This document shows, piece after piece, positions 1 to 10,957 of a stretch of 64,000 nt of DNA. The DNA comes from an uncultured delta proteobacterium (GTDB lineage: Bacteria; Desulfobacterota; Desulfobacteria; Desulfobacterales; UBA2156). Location of the stretch: the NCBI GenBank assembly GCA_963736855.1, contig CAVTQK010000013.1, positions 96,384 through 160,383 on the forward strand, given 5' to 3'. Under the pieces are notes generated by a model. The model did not search any database and had not been told where the DNA came from. It saw only the letters and a program-made list of their open reading frames with translations. How positions within the stretch are numbered: the first letter of the stretch is position 1; each line of letters opens with the position of its first letter. The translations under genes were made by a program, and so were the position numbers.

Positions 1-499
1 AGATCTTGACCGCGTATCCCGGGCTGATCCCCTGGGCTTGCAGGAAAATCATCACGTCCCGGATTTCCTGCTGATCTTCCCAGGATTTTGTGATCATATC
101 GATCCGCTTTTCACCGATTCCTTCCACCTCGGATAAGCGTTCGCTTTCATTTTCGATTACCCTAAGCGTCTTTTCTCCGAAACGCTCCACGATCCTTTCG
201 GCCATCACGGGACCGATTCCCTTGATCATTCCCGAACCCAGGTATTTACGAATCCCATAAACCGTGGCCGGTGTCTCAGTTTTTGATTCGGTCACCCGAA
301 ACTGTTCGCCGTACTTGGGATGGTGGACCCATCTTCCCTTCATTTGCAGAATTTCGCCGGGAATCGCCGATGTCAGTTCGCCCACCACAGTCACCAGGTC
401 TCGTTTTCCAGAGACCTTGACACGAGCGATGGTAAACCCGCTTTCGGCATCGGAATAGGTGACCCGTTCGATCTGTCCCGAAAGTTCGGCAATCTCCAT
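1..499 (-). CDS. recD2: RecD2-like ATP-dependent DNA helicase, N-terminal part (runs off window edge)
   Basis: Manual minus-strand translation from ATG at 499: MEIAELSGQIERVTYSDAESGFTIARVKV...GRWVHHPKYGEQF...YLGSGMIKGIGPVMAERIV...VEGIGEKR, the typical RecD2 N-terminus with HhH motifs. Not in the ORF track. Confidence 0.88.
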   Translation of the reverse strand, partial: MEIAELSGQIERVTYSDAESGFTIARVKVSGKRDLVTVVGELTSAIPGEILQMKGRWVHHPKYGEQFRVTESKTETPATVYGIRKYLGSGMIKGIGPVMAERIVERFGEKTLRVIENESERLSEVEGIGEKRIDMITKSWEDQQEIRDVMIFLQAQGISPGYAVKI

Positions 500-500
500 G

Positions 501-923
501 CTAATCGGATTTTCTCTTCCAGTGGGGGAATCGGATGGTCCCTGCCGGATCATCCGGAGGAAAATAACTCTTAATATCGATTACCGGGGAACCGTCGAAT
601 GCATCGATGGCATCGACCCGGATTATGGTGTCTTCAATGGCAAGGATTCTGCATCGGGCAAGTGCGATCAGATTGGGCCGCATGGGAGAGTGGGTGGCAA
701 AGACACCGGTTAGGGGATTCCCTTTGAGGCTGCAAGGGTGCACTTGGAGAACAGCGCGTTTTTCCGGAATATCGTTTTGGTGGAACCAGTAGAAGACATG
801 GATGTGAGAGAACTGCTCCAGACCGAAAAGGCCCTTGCGGTACTTTTTGTAGATGATTATCCGTACATCATCATCGGATTTCCGGATGACACCTATCGGG
901 AAAACTTGAAATGCCCTTGCCAT
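501..923 (-). CDS. trmO: tRNA (N6-threonylcarbamoyladenosine(37)-N6)-methyltransferase TrmO/TsaA family
   Basis: Motifs GLEQFSHIHVFYWFH, GVFATHSPMRPNLIAL, DAFDGSPVIDIK. Confidence 0.88.
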   Translation of the reverse strand: MARAFQVFPIGVIRKSDDDVRIIIYKKYRKGLFGLEQFSHIHVFYWFHQNDIPEKRAVLQVHPCSLKGNPLTGVFATHSPMRPNLIALARCRILAIEDTIIRVDAIDAFDGSPVIDIKSYFPPDDPAGTIRFPHWKRKSD

Positions 924-932
924 GACATGTTT

Positions 933-1751
933 CTATCCTTGAAGCGCATTGCCGGCTTTTTCGGGCCATTTTTTCTGAACCGTTTCGGCTTTGAGGAAGT
1001 TGAAAACCTCTGGGCCTTCTTTTTCCCCTTTTTCTTTTCCGGATGCCACTCGGTGCATCCGTTCGATCATCGACTTGTCATAAATTCCCACTGGGGTTTC
1101 GATAAGTTGAAGGGTATTCTGGATCAGGCTGTAAATCACCACAGGACCCAGCGCCTTTTCACCGGAAGCTTTGGTCACGGTTGCTCCGATAACATGGCAG
1201 TGGAGAATTTCCAGGGGCTTGGGGGCTGTGTCATAGCCCAAGAGCTCGGCAAAAAGGGTTAGGGATTCGATCACGCCATCAGAGTACCCCCGATTCAGAG
1301 AAGCGCTTCCGTCATTTTCGATCTCATCGAGGTCCGAAAGGTTAAAAGACAGATCCAGACCCCCAATCCACGCGTTGCGCACACGATTCACCGAGTCTTC
1401 CTTGGTGCTGACTTTCACGTCTTTGTCGCTGAGAATCTTGATGGCGTTCCGGATGTTGACCATCTCTTTGATCGTGGGGCTTTTCCTCAGTCCCACATCT
1501 TCTGCCGTCGTATCATAGATGGGAAGCTCATTGTCCAAAACCAGTATCCATTTTTTACCCCCTGAAAGCTCAAGCAGGAAAAGATCCAGATCCCGTTCCT
1601 TTCTAAACTCATGGGGACCCATCTCAATGAGACGGCGCATGGCCGATCGATCGGTCTTTTTTTCGCCTCCTGACGGCCCGATGGAAGCAATCACCTGCTC
1701 GGCCAATCGATCGATGGCAATCTTTTTGAGCAAATTTTCCTTGAAGGACAT
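933..1751 (-). CDS. Hypothetical protein (272 aa)
   Basis: Long ORF, tightly spaced and co-oriented with trmO and recD2; no motif recognised. Confidence 0.75.
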   Translation of the reverse strand: MSFKENLLKKIAIDRLAEQVIASIGPSGGEKKTDRSAMRRLIEMGPHEFRKERDLDLFLLELSGGKKWILVLDNELPIYDTTAEDVGLRKSPTIKEMVNIRNAIKILSDKDVKVSTKEDSVNRVRNAWIGGLDLSFNLSDLDEIENDGSASLNRGYSDGVIESLTLFAELLGYDTAPKPLEILHCHVIGATVTKASGEKALGPVVIYSLIQNTLQLIETPVGIYDKSMIERMHRVASGKEKGEKEGPEVFNFLKAETVQKKWPEKAGNALQG

Positions 1752-1967
1752 GGCAATTCCTTTCTTTGGAAATGATGATTTACCTTTATCAAAAGCGGGT
1801 CCTCATGTAAAGATGGATACTTAGGTCGTTGCCTGAACTCGATTTTTGAAAACAAATTGTTTGAAATGTCTTATCGGTTGAGTTATTAGTTATTGCCTTG
1901 ATGCAGTCGGAAATCATCCGATGGAATAATACGCACGCTCAGGGATTTGCAGGATGGGAGGTTGGCC

Positions 1968-3251
1968 ATGGAAGATACCGCCAAGATCGAATTTGCAGGA
2001 AAAACATACGAGATCCCCGTCGTTGTGGGTACGGAAGGAGAAAAGGCCATCGACATACAGGCATTGCGCCAAAAAACCGGCCTGATCACCTATGACCCGG
2101 GCTTCGGAAACACCGGAAGCTGTAAAAGCGACATAACGTTTATGGACGGCGAAAAAGGGATCCTCCGGTATCGAGGCATCCCCATCGAACAACTTGCCGA
2201 GTTCGCCACCTTCAAAGAAACATCCTATCTTCTCATCAACGGCAAACTCCCCAACCAGGCCGAACTGAACCGCTTTTCCGTGCTGCTGAACGACCATTCC
2301 CTGGTTCATGAAGACATGCAGCATTTCTACCAGAACTTTCCCAGGGCTTCCCATCCCATGGGGATTCTCTCTTCCATGGTCAATGCCTTGAGAAGCTTTT
2401 ATCCGGAACTGCAAACCATGGAAGAGGAAATCAACATCACCGTCACACGGCTTTTGGCCAAGGTTCGGACCATGGCGGCCATGTCGTATAAGATCTCCAG
2501 AGGCCACAGGGTCATTTATCCCCGTCCGGATCTGGCCTATACCGCCAACTTTTTAAATATGATGTTCGACTCCCCGGTAAAGCCCTACATCATCGACAGT
2601 GACGTGGCGCGCGCCCTGGAGGTCTTCTGGATCCTCCATGCGGATCACGAGCAGAACTGCTCTACATCGGCCGTTCGAGTGGTGGGGAGCGGAAGGGTCA
2701 ATCTGTATGCGGCCATTTCCGCAGGAATCTCCGCCTTGTGGGGCCCCCTTCACGGCGGCGCCAATCAGGCGGTGATTGAAATGCTCACACAATCATATGA
2801 AAAGAATGTTCCGGTCCGGAAGCTGGTCGAACGGGCCAAGGATAAAAAGGATCCTTTCCGCCTGATGGGATTCGGCCATCGGGTTTACAAGGCCTATGAC
2901 CCGAGGGCAAAGATCATCAAAAAATGGTGTCATTCCCTGCTGAACAAGCTTCGCATCTCCGATCCGCTCCTGGACATCGCCTTGGAGCTGGAGGAAATCG
3001 CCCTCAAGGACGATTATTTCATTCAAAAACACCTGTATCCCAATGTGGACTTTTACAGCGGCATTGTTCTGAGAACCATCGGTTTTCCCACCAATATGTT
3101 CACCGTGCTGTTCGCCATAGGCCGTCTTCCCGGCTGGATCGCCCAATGGAAGGAAAGCATGGATGACCCTGACTGGCGGCTTTCCCGTCCTAGACAGATC
3201 TATATGGGTAGCCCCCAATATGATTATATCCCGGTGGAAGAAAGGGATTGA
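1968..3251 (+). CDS. gltA: Citrate synthase
   Basis: LHADHEQNCSTS, LWGPLHGGANQAV, LMGFGHRVYK, LYPNVDFYSG; GGGAGG RBS before ATG 1968. Confidence 0.97.
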   Translation: MEDTAKIEFAGKTYEIPVVVGTEGEKAIDIQALRQKTGLITYDPGFGNTGSCKSDITFMDGEKGILRYRGIPIEQLAEFATFKETSYLLINGKLPNQAELNRFSVLLNDHSLVHEDMQHFYQNFPRASHPMGILSSMVNALRSFYPELQTMEEEINITVTRLLAKVRTMAAMSYKISRGHRVIYPRPDLAYTANFLNMMFDSPVKPYIIDSDVARALEVFWILHADHEQNCSTSAVRVVGSGRVNLYAAISAGISALWGPLHGGANQAVIEMLTQSYEKNVPVRKLVERAKDKKDPFRLMGFGHRVYKAYDPRAKIIKKWCHSLLNKLRISDPLLDIALELEEIALKDDYFIQKHLYPNVDFYSGIVLRTIGFPTNMFTVLFAIGRLPGWIAQWKESMDDPDWRLSRPRQIYMGSPQYDYIPVEERD

Positions 3252-3457
3252 AGAACCAATTTTGTGCATCCCTAAGAAAACGCTACTCTTCTTTTACCCA
3301 ACAGGGTTAAGGAACCCTGCTTAAAGCATCCGTGATGCGCCGACCTTCCTGGGCCAAGCCCATGGCAGACATTAAAGCCACCGCAAGCACCCAGACCACG
3401 ACACCGAAAAAACGAAGCCGATTGGCATCAGGACTTCTTTTCGATCTGCGAATGCGT

Positions 3458-4264
3458 TCATACTCTTTTTCTTTTCCTGTGTTGCAGCAGCGCACCGGCG
3501 AAATCCTTTATTTCCGAAGCTGCAATCTCGGGATCAAGCGGTTTTCCCTCAAAACACGCCGACTGAATCTCTTCCTGAAAACCTATCGTTCCGATTACGG
3601 GCACACCGAGTTCGGTCATCTTCTTTATGACCCGATCCTTTTGATCCTGTGATGAGATTTTATTGAGAAAGGCACCCAAAAAGGTTGCACCGGAGGATTG
3701 GGTCAAATCCATCACCTTTTTGGAAAGCGAAATGGACTCCAAAGAGGGTTCCACCACACTGATAACCCCGTCGACACTGGCTTCCACGCCTCGCCCGAAA
3801 TGTTCGATGCCGGCCTCCATATCCACCAGCATGATCTCATTTTCGGCCAGTTGGAAATTTTTCAGAAACTCCCGGGTCACCCTCCCCATGGCGCAGGCAC
3901 ACCCTTCCATGGCCTGATGAATCTTGCCCGTGGACACCAACTTTAATCCATCCTTTTCAATCATGTAGCCCGATGGAAGGGATCGGCTGGTTATGCTTGC
4001 CATTTCCCAGATGGACATGGTCGGTTCATTTTCGCCTCTTGAAAATTGGGTGAGCATCTTTTTCTGGATGTTCTTTCTGCCTCCAAAGAAATCCATCAGG
4101 GGTTGAGGCGGTCGTTCAAACCCGAGCATCCAAAACAGACTCGAGTTTGATTCATCGGAATCCAGCACGATCGCCTCTTGGCCGTGTTGCCTGAAGCCAC
4201 GGGCAAGAAGGGTCAATACCGTACTTTTTCCGCTTCCACCCTTTCCGCAAATACATATTTTCAC
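3458..4264 (-). CDS. CooC/AcsF-like nickel-insertion ATPase (MinD/ParA superfamily)
   Basis: CGKGGSGKST deviant Walker A, GCAC metal motif, VDMEAGIEHFGRG; probable GTG start at 4264. Confidence 0.85.
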   Translation of the reverse strand: MKICICGKGGSGKSTVLTLLARGFRQHGQEAIVLDSDESNSSLFWMLGFERPPQPLMDFFGGRKNIQKKMLTQFSRGENEPTMSIWEMASITSRSLPSGYMIEKDGLKLVSTGKIHQAMEGCACAMGRVTREFLKNFQLAENEIMLVDMEAGIEHFGRGVEASVDGVISVVEPSLESISLSKKVMDLTQSSGATFLGAFLNKISSQDQKDRVIKKMTELGVPVIGTIGFQEEIQSACFEGKPLDPEIAASEIKDFAGALLQHRKRKRV

Positions 4265-4571
4265 CGTTCCCTCTCCTTTCATAACCTTTTTCGCCGGCTC
4301 TAAAATAAAAAGGCCGTGAAGGCGCATCGCAAAGTTAGCAGCCTTCATGGCTTGTTGATTGTATATATGTTGACTCTTAAGGATCAGCGTTTACTACTTT
4401 TGAAAAATTCCGGCGGCTTCCGCCGTCTCATTAAAAAAGATCATACGCATGGGCATGTTTATTGTCAACCTTTTCTCTTTTTCTCCGATTGGAACTCTCA
4501 GCCTTTTAAAGTTTCGGTTGACCCTAGGCCCTTCTGCAGATATCTCTATTTCTTTCGATAAAGGGTTTTTC

Positions 4572-5156
4572 ATGATGGTCACCAATTCAATAATTCGATG
4601 CCACTGGACCGGGGATGACCCCCTCATGATGAAATATCATGATGAAGAATGGGGGGTTCCGGTTCATGATGATCGGAAATGGTTCGAATATATGGTCCTG
4701 GATGCATTTCAGGCAGGGCTTTCCTGGAAGATCGTCCTGAACAAGAGGGAGGCGCTCAGGCAGGTTTTCCACGGCTTTGACCCTGCTGGCGCGGCCGTGA
4801 TGTCCGACGCAGAGATCGAGTCGGCCATCCAGGATCAAAGGATCATCCGCAACCGTCTCAAGATCCGGGCGGCCGTGGAGAATGCCCGGGCATTTCTAAA
4901 GCTTCAACAAGAGCACAGCACCTTTGACGCGTTCATCTGGACTTTCACCAAGGGCAAAACCGTCCACAACCGATTCAAACGCCCGGATCAGCTCCCCGCC
5001 AAGACATCCCTTTCGGACGCAGTGAGCAAGGCGTTGAAAGGGGCGGGGTTTCGTTTCGTGGGAAGCACGATATGCTACGCTTTCCTCCAAGCCGGCGGAA
5101 TCGTGAACGACCACCTGATGAGCTGTTACCGATACCCTGAGCTTCGGGAAAGATAG
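4572..5156 (+). CDS. tag: DNA-3-methyladenine glycosylase I
   Basis: RCHW...YHDEEWG, FQAGLSW, IIRNRLKI, GFRFVGSTICYAFLQAGGIVNDHLMSC. Confidence 0.95.
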   Translation: MMVTNSIIRCHWTGDDPLMMKYHDEEWGVPVHDDRKWFEYMVLDAFQAGLSWKIVLNKREALRQVFHGFDPAGAAVMSDAEIESAIQDQRIIRNRLKIRAAVENARAFLKLQQEHSTFDAFIWTFTKGKTVHNRFKRPDQLPAKTSLSDAVSKALKGAGFRFVGSTICYAFLQAGGIVNDHLMSCYRYPELRER

Positions 5157-5160
5157 CGAT

Positions 5161-5560
5161 TTACACTGCCCGTTCCAGCTGGATTACGCACAACTTGAAT
5201 TCGAAAATCTTGGAAACCGAATCCAGAGCCTCGTCCCAGGTCGTCTCCCGGAAACTTCCCTTTTCCTTGATCCGCGGGGTCCTGAGTCGATCCGGAGAAG
5301 CGCGAACTTTGCGCGGTTCCCAAGGTCGATGGGCGTATCGCACGCCCTTTTCGACGAGGGCGCCTACAGGGTGAACATAACATTGGAGCCGAAGGGGTGG
5401 TCCTCCGATTCCACGATCTTGGTCTCCAATCCGCGGTATCCGAAGTCGATGGCGTGATTGACCTGGATATCGTTGCACTCCTGGGCGCATCGGCCGCAAA
5501 GGATGCAACGGGAAAAGCCGCGTATAATGAAGGGATTGACGGACTCATGGGTTTCGGGTC
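5161..5560 (-). pseudogene. Remnant of an FdhA/NuoG-like molybdopterin oxidoreductase N-terminal Fe-S region
   Basis: One frame gives NPFIIRGFSRCILCGRCAQECNDIQVNHAIDFGYRG, another gives PVGALVEK...DRLRTPRIKEKGSFRETTWDEALD; intervening Cys motifs and the catalytic body are missing. Confidence 0.75.
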
Positions 5561-5757
5561 TCAACGCCCGGAAACCGGATGAACCAAATTTCATACACAT
5601 CGTCCCAACAGGTGGAATGGAAAAGCCCGCCAACCGCCTCGCCGTCTGTCACATACTTGTTATAAAGATTGACCGCGGTTTGAGTCTCTTTGAAGTGGTA
5701 CCCGATTCGATGATCTCTTAATTATTTTATCGTCTCAGGGGCCAATCCGAGCCTTAA

Positions 5758-5893
5758 CAGGGTGTTGACAAAATACAAAAAAAGCTTTAAAAATAAGGTT
5801 TTTTACTATCAAACTGCAAGTAGTTAAAATCATTTAATGTTATATCTAACTATTTCAATAAGTTAGATTGATAAGGAGTTTTTCAACAACCTG
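5758..5893. mobile_element. MITE-like element (136 bp) flanked by TTAA on both sides
   Basis: Ends CAGGGTGTTGACAAA and TTTTTCAACAACCTG are imperfect inverted repeats; TTAA at 5754-5757 and 5894-5897. Confidence 0.6.
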
Positions 5894-5910
5894 TTAAATG
5901 AGTTTATACC

Positions 5911-6912
5911 ATGGAAAATCTTGACCCCAGAGAGAAAAGAAAGGATCCGCGCTTTCCCTTGGCAAGGGAAGAAGCTGTATACTGCATCATCTATCGGGCA
6001 GGTGCACGAAGAAAGACCATTACTTTAGTCGTATTGGATTTTAGCGAAAAAGGTTTTAAATTCATGCTCGAAGGATATTTGGGAAGCGAGTTCTCAATTG
6101 GAGAAAATCTGTTTCTCATGGAAATCATCGGCACAAGAAATGTAAAATTCCAAAATCCGATTGAACTCGTCGTCAGATGGAAGAATAAAGATAAAGAAAG
6201 GATAGATATTGGTTGTGAGATTAGTCAAATCACAACGGATTCCAGGAAACAATTTATCGCCTTTATTGAAGCCGAAGCTCCCTTCAGCGGTATGAGGTAT
6301 AAAGATCAACTTCCCAAAACCTCAAGAAAAATCATTCCTTCGGAAAGTACTTTGGAAGTTGACCACCGAAAAAGTGGCGGAAATATCAATCCTTCTCAGC
6401 GAGCAGTCGGGTATAAATATTGGTTGATCGGAATTAGCGGAGGATTTTTGATACTGCTATTAGGGTTTTTATTTATTCTGCAAACCACAGGAACATTCAC
6501 GGAGCGCCTTGAAAGAATTGAGAACGACCATAATACTTCACAAACAGCCCTCAAACCCGCCGAAGAGATAGAGGCCACCATAAAATTGATCGAGTCAAGA
6601 ATAAACGAGTCGGAGGCATTAATACAGAAAAGCAATAATCAGTTCAATACCGTTGAAAAAAGGATTGCCGAGCTGGAACAAAAAATCTTGCGGCTGGAAA
6701 GTCTTTCCGCCTCTAAGAAATCTTCGGTATCAGATACCACAATTTCAAGGAAAAGTTCTAAGCTGAACGAGCGTTACCACATCGTGCAACAGGGAGAAAA
6801 TTTATTTAGAATTTCATTGAAATACAATGTATCTCTCAAACAGTTGGCAGAAATGAATGGTATGAAGCCAACTGATATTATACGCACTGGGCAACAAATA
6901 ATAATTAATTGA
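5911..6912 (+). CDS. PilZ-like / single TM / coiled-coil / LysM protein
   Basis: EKRKDPR and DFSEKG (PilZ RxxxR, DxSxxG), hydrophobic segment, C-terminal YHIVQQGENLFRISLKYNVSLKQLAEMNG (LysM). Confidence 0.8.
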   Translation: MENLDPREKRKDPRFPLAREEAVYCIIYRAGARRKTITLVVLDFSEKGFKFMLEGYLGSEFSIGENLFLMEIIGTRNVKFQNPIELVVRWKNKDKERIDIGCEISQITTDSRKQFIAFIEAEAPFSGMRYKDQLPKTSRKIIPSESTLEVDHRKSGGNINPSQRAVGYKYWLIGISGGFLILLLGFLFILQTTGTFTERLERIENDHNTSQTALKPAEEIEATIKLIESRINESEALIQKSNNQFNTVEKRIAELEQKILRLESLSASKKSSVSDTTISRKSSKLNERYHIVQQGENLFRISLKYNVSLKQLAEMNGMKPTDIIRTGQQIIIN

Positions 6913-7375
6913 TTTTATGACAGAATTTTGGTTTTAAGCGAGATGAATATCTGCGCTAGTCCTATGCGACACGCACCTTCAGACATGTAAAAAATCCTCT
7001 CAAACGAGTCCACCTGGAACTGACCAACGTCTGCGACGCGTTTCTGAACCAATGACCCAGATCAGGGGAGAATTACGCTACAGGTCATGAGAGTGACGGG
7101 GTCATCGTAGAGCGTTGTCGATGGATTTTTCAATAATGCGCTTAGCCAATTAATTCATTTCTTGTTTTTTATTCTTTGATTATTATGTTGCCCCAGTTTC
7201 ATCGAAGATTACTTGCCATAGCTCTCGGCAAGAAATTGTCTATTTTGGTAAATATTGAAACTGCCATTCTCCCTATAAACTTTTCTCAATTGCTTTTTAG
7301 TGGCCATAGTATACTCTATCAAAGTATTCAAATCCCGAAGATGGTATTCAACCTAAAAATCAACAAGACAAGCAT

Positions 7376-9202
7376 ATGAGCGCCCCTATTCGAAACGAAA
7401 AGATTCGCAATATCGCCATTATCGCCCACGTCGACCACGGCAAAACCACCCTGGTGGACGCCATGTTCCGCCAAAGCGGTCTTTTTAAAACCCACCAACC
7501 CGTGGATGAGCGGCTCATGGACACCATGGATCTTGAGCGGGAGCGGGGCATCACCATCGCCGCCAAGAACTGCTCGGTGGGCTGGAAGGACATTCGCATC
7601 AACATCATCGATACCCCGGGTCACGCCGATTTCGGCGGCGAGGTGGAGCGGGCTCTCTCCATGGCAGACGGCGCCATCCTTCTGGTGGATGCATCGGAAG
7701 GGCCGCTGCCCCAGACCCGGTTCGTGCTCAAAAAAGCCCTGGAGGCGAGACTAAAGATCATCGTCGTCATCAACAAGATCGATCGCCAGGACGCCCGACC
7801 CGAAGAGGTGCTCGATGAAATATACGACCTTTTGATTGATCTGGATGCCACGGACGAACAGCTCGAGTTCCCGCTACTTTACGCCATCGGCAAGAAAGGG
7901 ATCGCCAAAAAAAATCTGGACGGCGAAGAAGAACACCTCCATGCGCTTTTTGACACGATCCTTGAAGCGATCCCGGGCCCGTCTCACGATCCGCAGGCGC
8001 CCTTTCAGATGCTGGTCTCTGACTTAGGCTATTCCGATTACCTCGGCCGGCTGGCCGTGGGCAAGATCTTTAACGGCACCGCGCACTTTCGGGACAACCT
8101 CGTGTGTATGGGAGAAAGGGGACAGGTGACGCCGCTCAAGGTTTCCAAGCTTCAGGTCTACCGCGGGATGACCCTAGAGGACGCGGAGTCGGTGGAGTCC
8201 GGTGACATTGTGGTTCTTGCCGGCGTTTCCAATGTCATGATCGGGGATACTATCTGCAATCAGGAGGACCCCCGGGCCCTTCCCCAGATTCGGGTCGACG
8301 AACCCACCGTGAGTATGAAATTCACCGTGAACAATTCGCCTTTCGGGGGTAAAGAAGGCAAATATGTGCAGTCTAGCCGGCTTCGTGAGCGCCTGTTAAA
8401 GGAGACCCTCCGGAACGTTGCTATTCAAGTGGACGCCTCGGGCGATCGGGACAGCACCGTGGTGAAGGGTCGGGGGGAATTTCAGCTCGCCATCCTCATC
8501 GAAACCATGCGCCGGGAAGGCTATGAATTCTGCGCGGGCCGTCCCGAGGTTATTTTCCGGGAGGTGGACGGAAAAAGACACGAACCCCTCGAGCGGTTAT
8601 TCTTGGACTGCGAGGAGTTCTTTCTCGGGGTGATGACTGAGAAAATCTCACTCAGAAAAGGTAAGATGCTCAACTTTGTCAACAACGGCAAGGGACGGGT
8701 GCGAATCGAATTTTCCGTACCCTCCCGGGCACTTATCGGTTATCGGGACGAATTCTTAACCGACACCCGGGGCACAGGCATCATGCACTCTCTTTTCGAC
8801 GGTTACGGGGAGTACCGCGGCGATTACCCGAGCCGCTTCACCGGTTCCTTGGTGTCGGACCGCTCCGGCACCGCAGTGCCCTATGCCCTTTTTAACCTCG
8901 AACCCCGTGGACGCTTGTTCATCGTGCCCGGAGACCCGGTCTACGAAGGGATGATCATCGGCGAGCACAACCGGGGGCAGGATTTGAACGTGAACCCTTG
9001 CAAGGAGAAAAAACTTACCAACATGCGGGCCGCGGGAAAGGACGACAACGTGCTGCTCTCGCCCATCAAGCCCATGACCCTGGAGCAGGCCATCAGCTTC
9101 ATCCGGGAAGACGAACTGGTGGAGGTGACCCCCCTTTCCATTCGCATGAGAAAAGTAACGCTTTCGGCCCAGCAGCGTTACACCCAGCGGCCGCGGGCTT
9201 AA
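7376..9202 (+). CDS. typA: Translational GTPase TypA/BipA
   Basis: [65 protein letters not shown]. Confidence 0.97.
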   Translation: MSAPIRNEKIRNIAIIAHVDHGKTTLVDAMFRQSGLFKTHQPVDERLMDTMDLERERGITIAAKNCSVGWKDIRINIIDTPGHADFGGEVERALSMADGAILLVDASEGPLPQTRFVLKKALEARLKIIVVINKIDRQDARPEEVLDEIYDLLIDLDATDEQLEFPLLYAIGKKGIAKKNLDGEEEHLHALFDTILEAIPGPSHDPQAPFQMLVSDLGYSDYLGRLAVGKIFNGTAHFRDNLVCMGERGQVTPLKVSKLQVYRGMTLEDAESVESGDIVVLAGVSNVMIGDTICNQEDPRALPQIRVDEPTVSMKFTVNNSPFGGKEGKYVQSSRLRERLLKETLRNVAIQVDASGDRDSTVVKGRGEFQLAILIETMRREGYEFCAGRPEVIFREVDGKRHEPLERLFLDCEEFFLGVMTEKISLRKGKMLNFVNNGKGRVRIEFSVPSRALIGYRDEFLTDTRGTGIMHSLFDGYGEYRGDYPSRFTGSLVSDRSGTAVPYALFNLEPRGRLFIVPGDPVYEGMIIGEHNRGQDLNVNPCKEKKLTNMRAAGKDDNVLLSPIKPMTLEQAISFIREDELVEVTPLSIRMRKVTLSAQQRYTQRPRA

Positions 9203-9282
9203 AACGGGTAGAGAAAACCCCTTGACCCGGTCGCCTGTTTGCCCTCACCCCCAAGCCGGCTACCCCACACATTTGGCTTCTA

Positions 9283-9657
9283 AAAAAGATAAGTGTTTGA
9301 GTGTTTTTCTAGTCACATCCGGATCTTCGATAAACGCGACCACCCGCATTTTTTCCTGGCACTTGGGGCAGATCAGGGGATCGACCTCATATATTTTTTG
9401 GATCAGGTGGGACCAGCTTTTTCGGAACTGAACATTAATATCCGTAATACCGGACCATCTGTTCGCCCTTATTGGGAATATGACTGGTCATCGCGGCCAG
9501 TGTTTATATCACGTTTGCGGAGCAATTCCAGAGCGTCAAACACAGGGGTATTTCGGCCGTCCTTGGATTGATGGACTACAGATCCGGCTTCTGGAACGTA
9601 AGTCATCCGTTCCTGGGAGAACGATGCCCGGATGATGTACCTTGCAAGGTTTCCCAT
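9283..9657 (-). mobile_element. IS91-like (Y2 transposase) remnant, copy A
   Basis: Minus-strand fragments LARYIIRASFSQERMTY...SKDG...FDALE and LIQKIYEVDPLICPKCQEKMRVVAFIEDPDV resemble the C-terminal half of IS91-family transposases. Confidence 0.65.
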
Positions 9658-9940
9658 GGACGTCTTATCCCGCGGGAGGATTCTTTTGCCGCAATTAGGT
9701 ATTGAATCCGGTATGCCGCCATTTATCCGGAAGCGCGATCATACCAACTTAGACGTTGCAATTTTGTTTAAAATATGTAATAAATTTAAATGATATTTGA
9801 ATGGGATCCGATCAAAAATGATTCTGACAAGAAAAAACACGGGATCGATTTTGAATCGGCCAAATCTTTATGGAATGATCCGGATCGAATTGAAATCTTG
9901 ACGCTTTATCCTGTCGAGGATCGGTATATCCTAATAGGCA
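9551..9940 (+). repeat. Direct repeat copy 1 (IS91-like remnant plus 5' part of brnT); copy 2 at 17411-17960
   Basis: Near-identical sequence from TTTCGGCCGT to TATATCCTAAT in both places. Confidence 0.92.
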
Positions 9941-10014
9941 ATACCTCTTTTGAAAAGGATATTGAAAACATTAAGAAGGATATCACCGCCATCTTCAAAA
10001 AAGATATTTTCTGA
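9790..10014 (+). pseudogene. Truncated BrnT-family toxin copy
   Basis: First ~50 codons nearly identical to 17811..18083, then unrelated sequence. Confidence 0.8.
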
Positions 10015-10031
10015 CCTTATTCGGAGGGAAA

Positions 10032-10840
10032 ATGAGACTACTTTCTGCTTTGGTAATTGCTGCGCTATGGGTCACGAACGCGCAGGCCCTTCCCCCGCTC
10101 TCCCTACACTCTTTCAGCCCATCCGTCGGGTGGGTGGGAACGGTAAACAATCCTGAAAGCGGCACACACATACAAATAAAATAAAAGGCAGCGGCTTTGA
10201 TTCGGTCGCGGCCAACAATGAAGTCCGCTTCACAGACTCCTCTGGCTATCCTAAAGTGAAAGCCAAGGTGAAATGGGTATTTACGAAAGGGACCATTTAT
10301 GAGGCGGGCGGCCTGATTGGATCGCCTGGGAAAGGGCCGGGGGAATTCACCAATCCACGGGGCATTGCTGTCGATAATGCCGGTTCGGTCTATGTGGTTG
10401 ATGTTCAAAACCGAAACATCCAGGTATTCGACGAAAAGGGGAAGTATTCCTTCCAGATCGGCAATGGTTTTTTTAACCGTCCCTGGAGCGTTGCCGTAGA
10501 CAAGAACAAAAATGTCTACGTATCGGATTGGCAGAATGCGCAATACGGTAGCGGCATCGCCAAGTTCGATAAAACCGGGACCTTGCTTAAGTTCTTTAAG
10601 GGCGGCGGCGCTCTTACCGATACGCCTGATCTGGTAGTGGATGCCCAGGAGGCGATCTATGTGATTAACCAGGAATTCAGTAAAGCCTCATTCATCAAGA
10701 TCGATGCCCAGGAGCAAGTGATCTTCAACCTGCCGGGCCCTTTTTGGCATCCCTTTCTGCTTCTGGCGGGAATAGCGCTGCATCCATCAGGAGGGCTGCC
10801 GTACCTTTCCGATCGCAATTCGGAGCGTGTGTACGAGTAA
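10032..10840 (+). CDS. Exported NHL-repeat protein, frameshifted near 10180 and possibly 3'-truncated
   Basis: GGAGG RBS and signal peptide MRLLSALVIAALWVTNAQA at 10032; downstream frame has GEFTNPRGIAVD, NRNIQVFD, FNRPWSVAVD (NHL repeats). Confidence 0.7.
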
Positions 10841-10957
10841 CAAAGGGCGGGAAATCCTCGACCGGGTCCGGCGGGACTGGCAGCGCGCCGTGCGATTGTG
10901 AGGGGCGAATCAACCCGTCGGCAATAAATGGCCGTTTTTGTTCTGTGGAGGACCTTC

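Noticed and set aside
3307..3495. Short minus-strand ORF with a hydrophobic stretch after the cooC-like gene
   Set aside because: No convincing start or RBS and it overlaps the upstream gene; cannot be supported as a gene
6993..7040. NPLKRVHLELTNVCD, resembling the start of a radical SAM motif
   Set aside because: Only about 15 codons, the CxxxCxxC motif is incomplete and there is no ORF; at most a tiny relic
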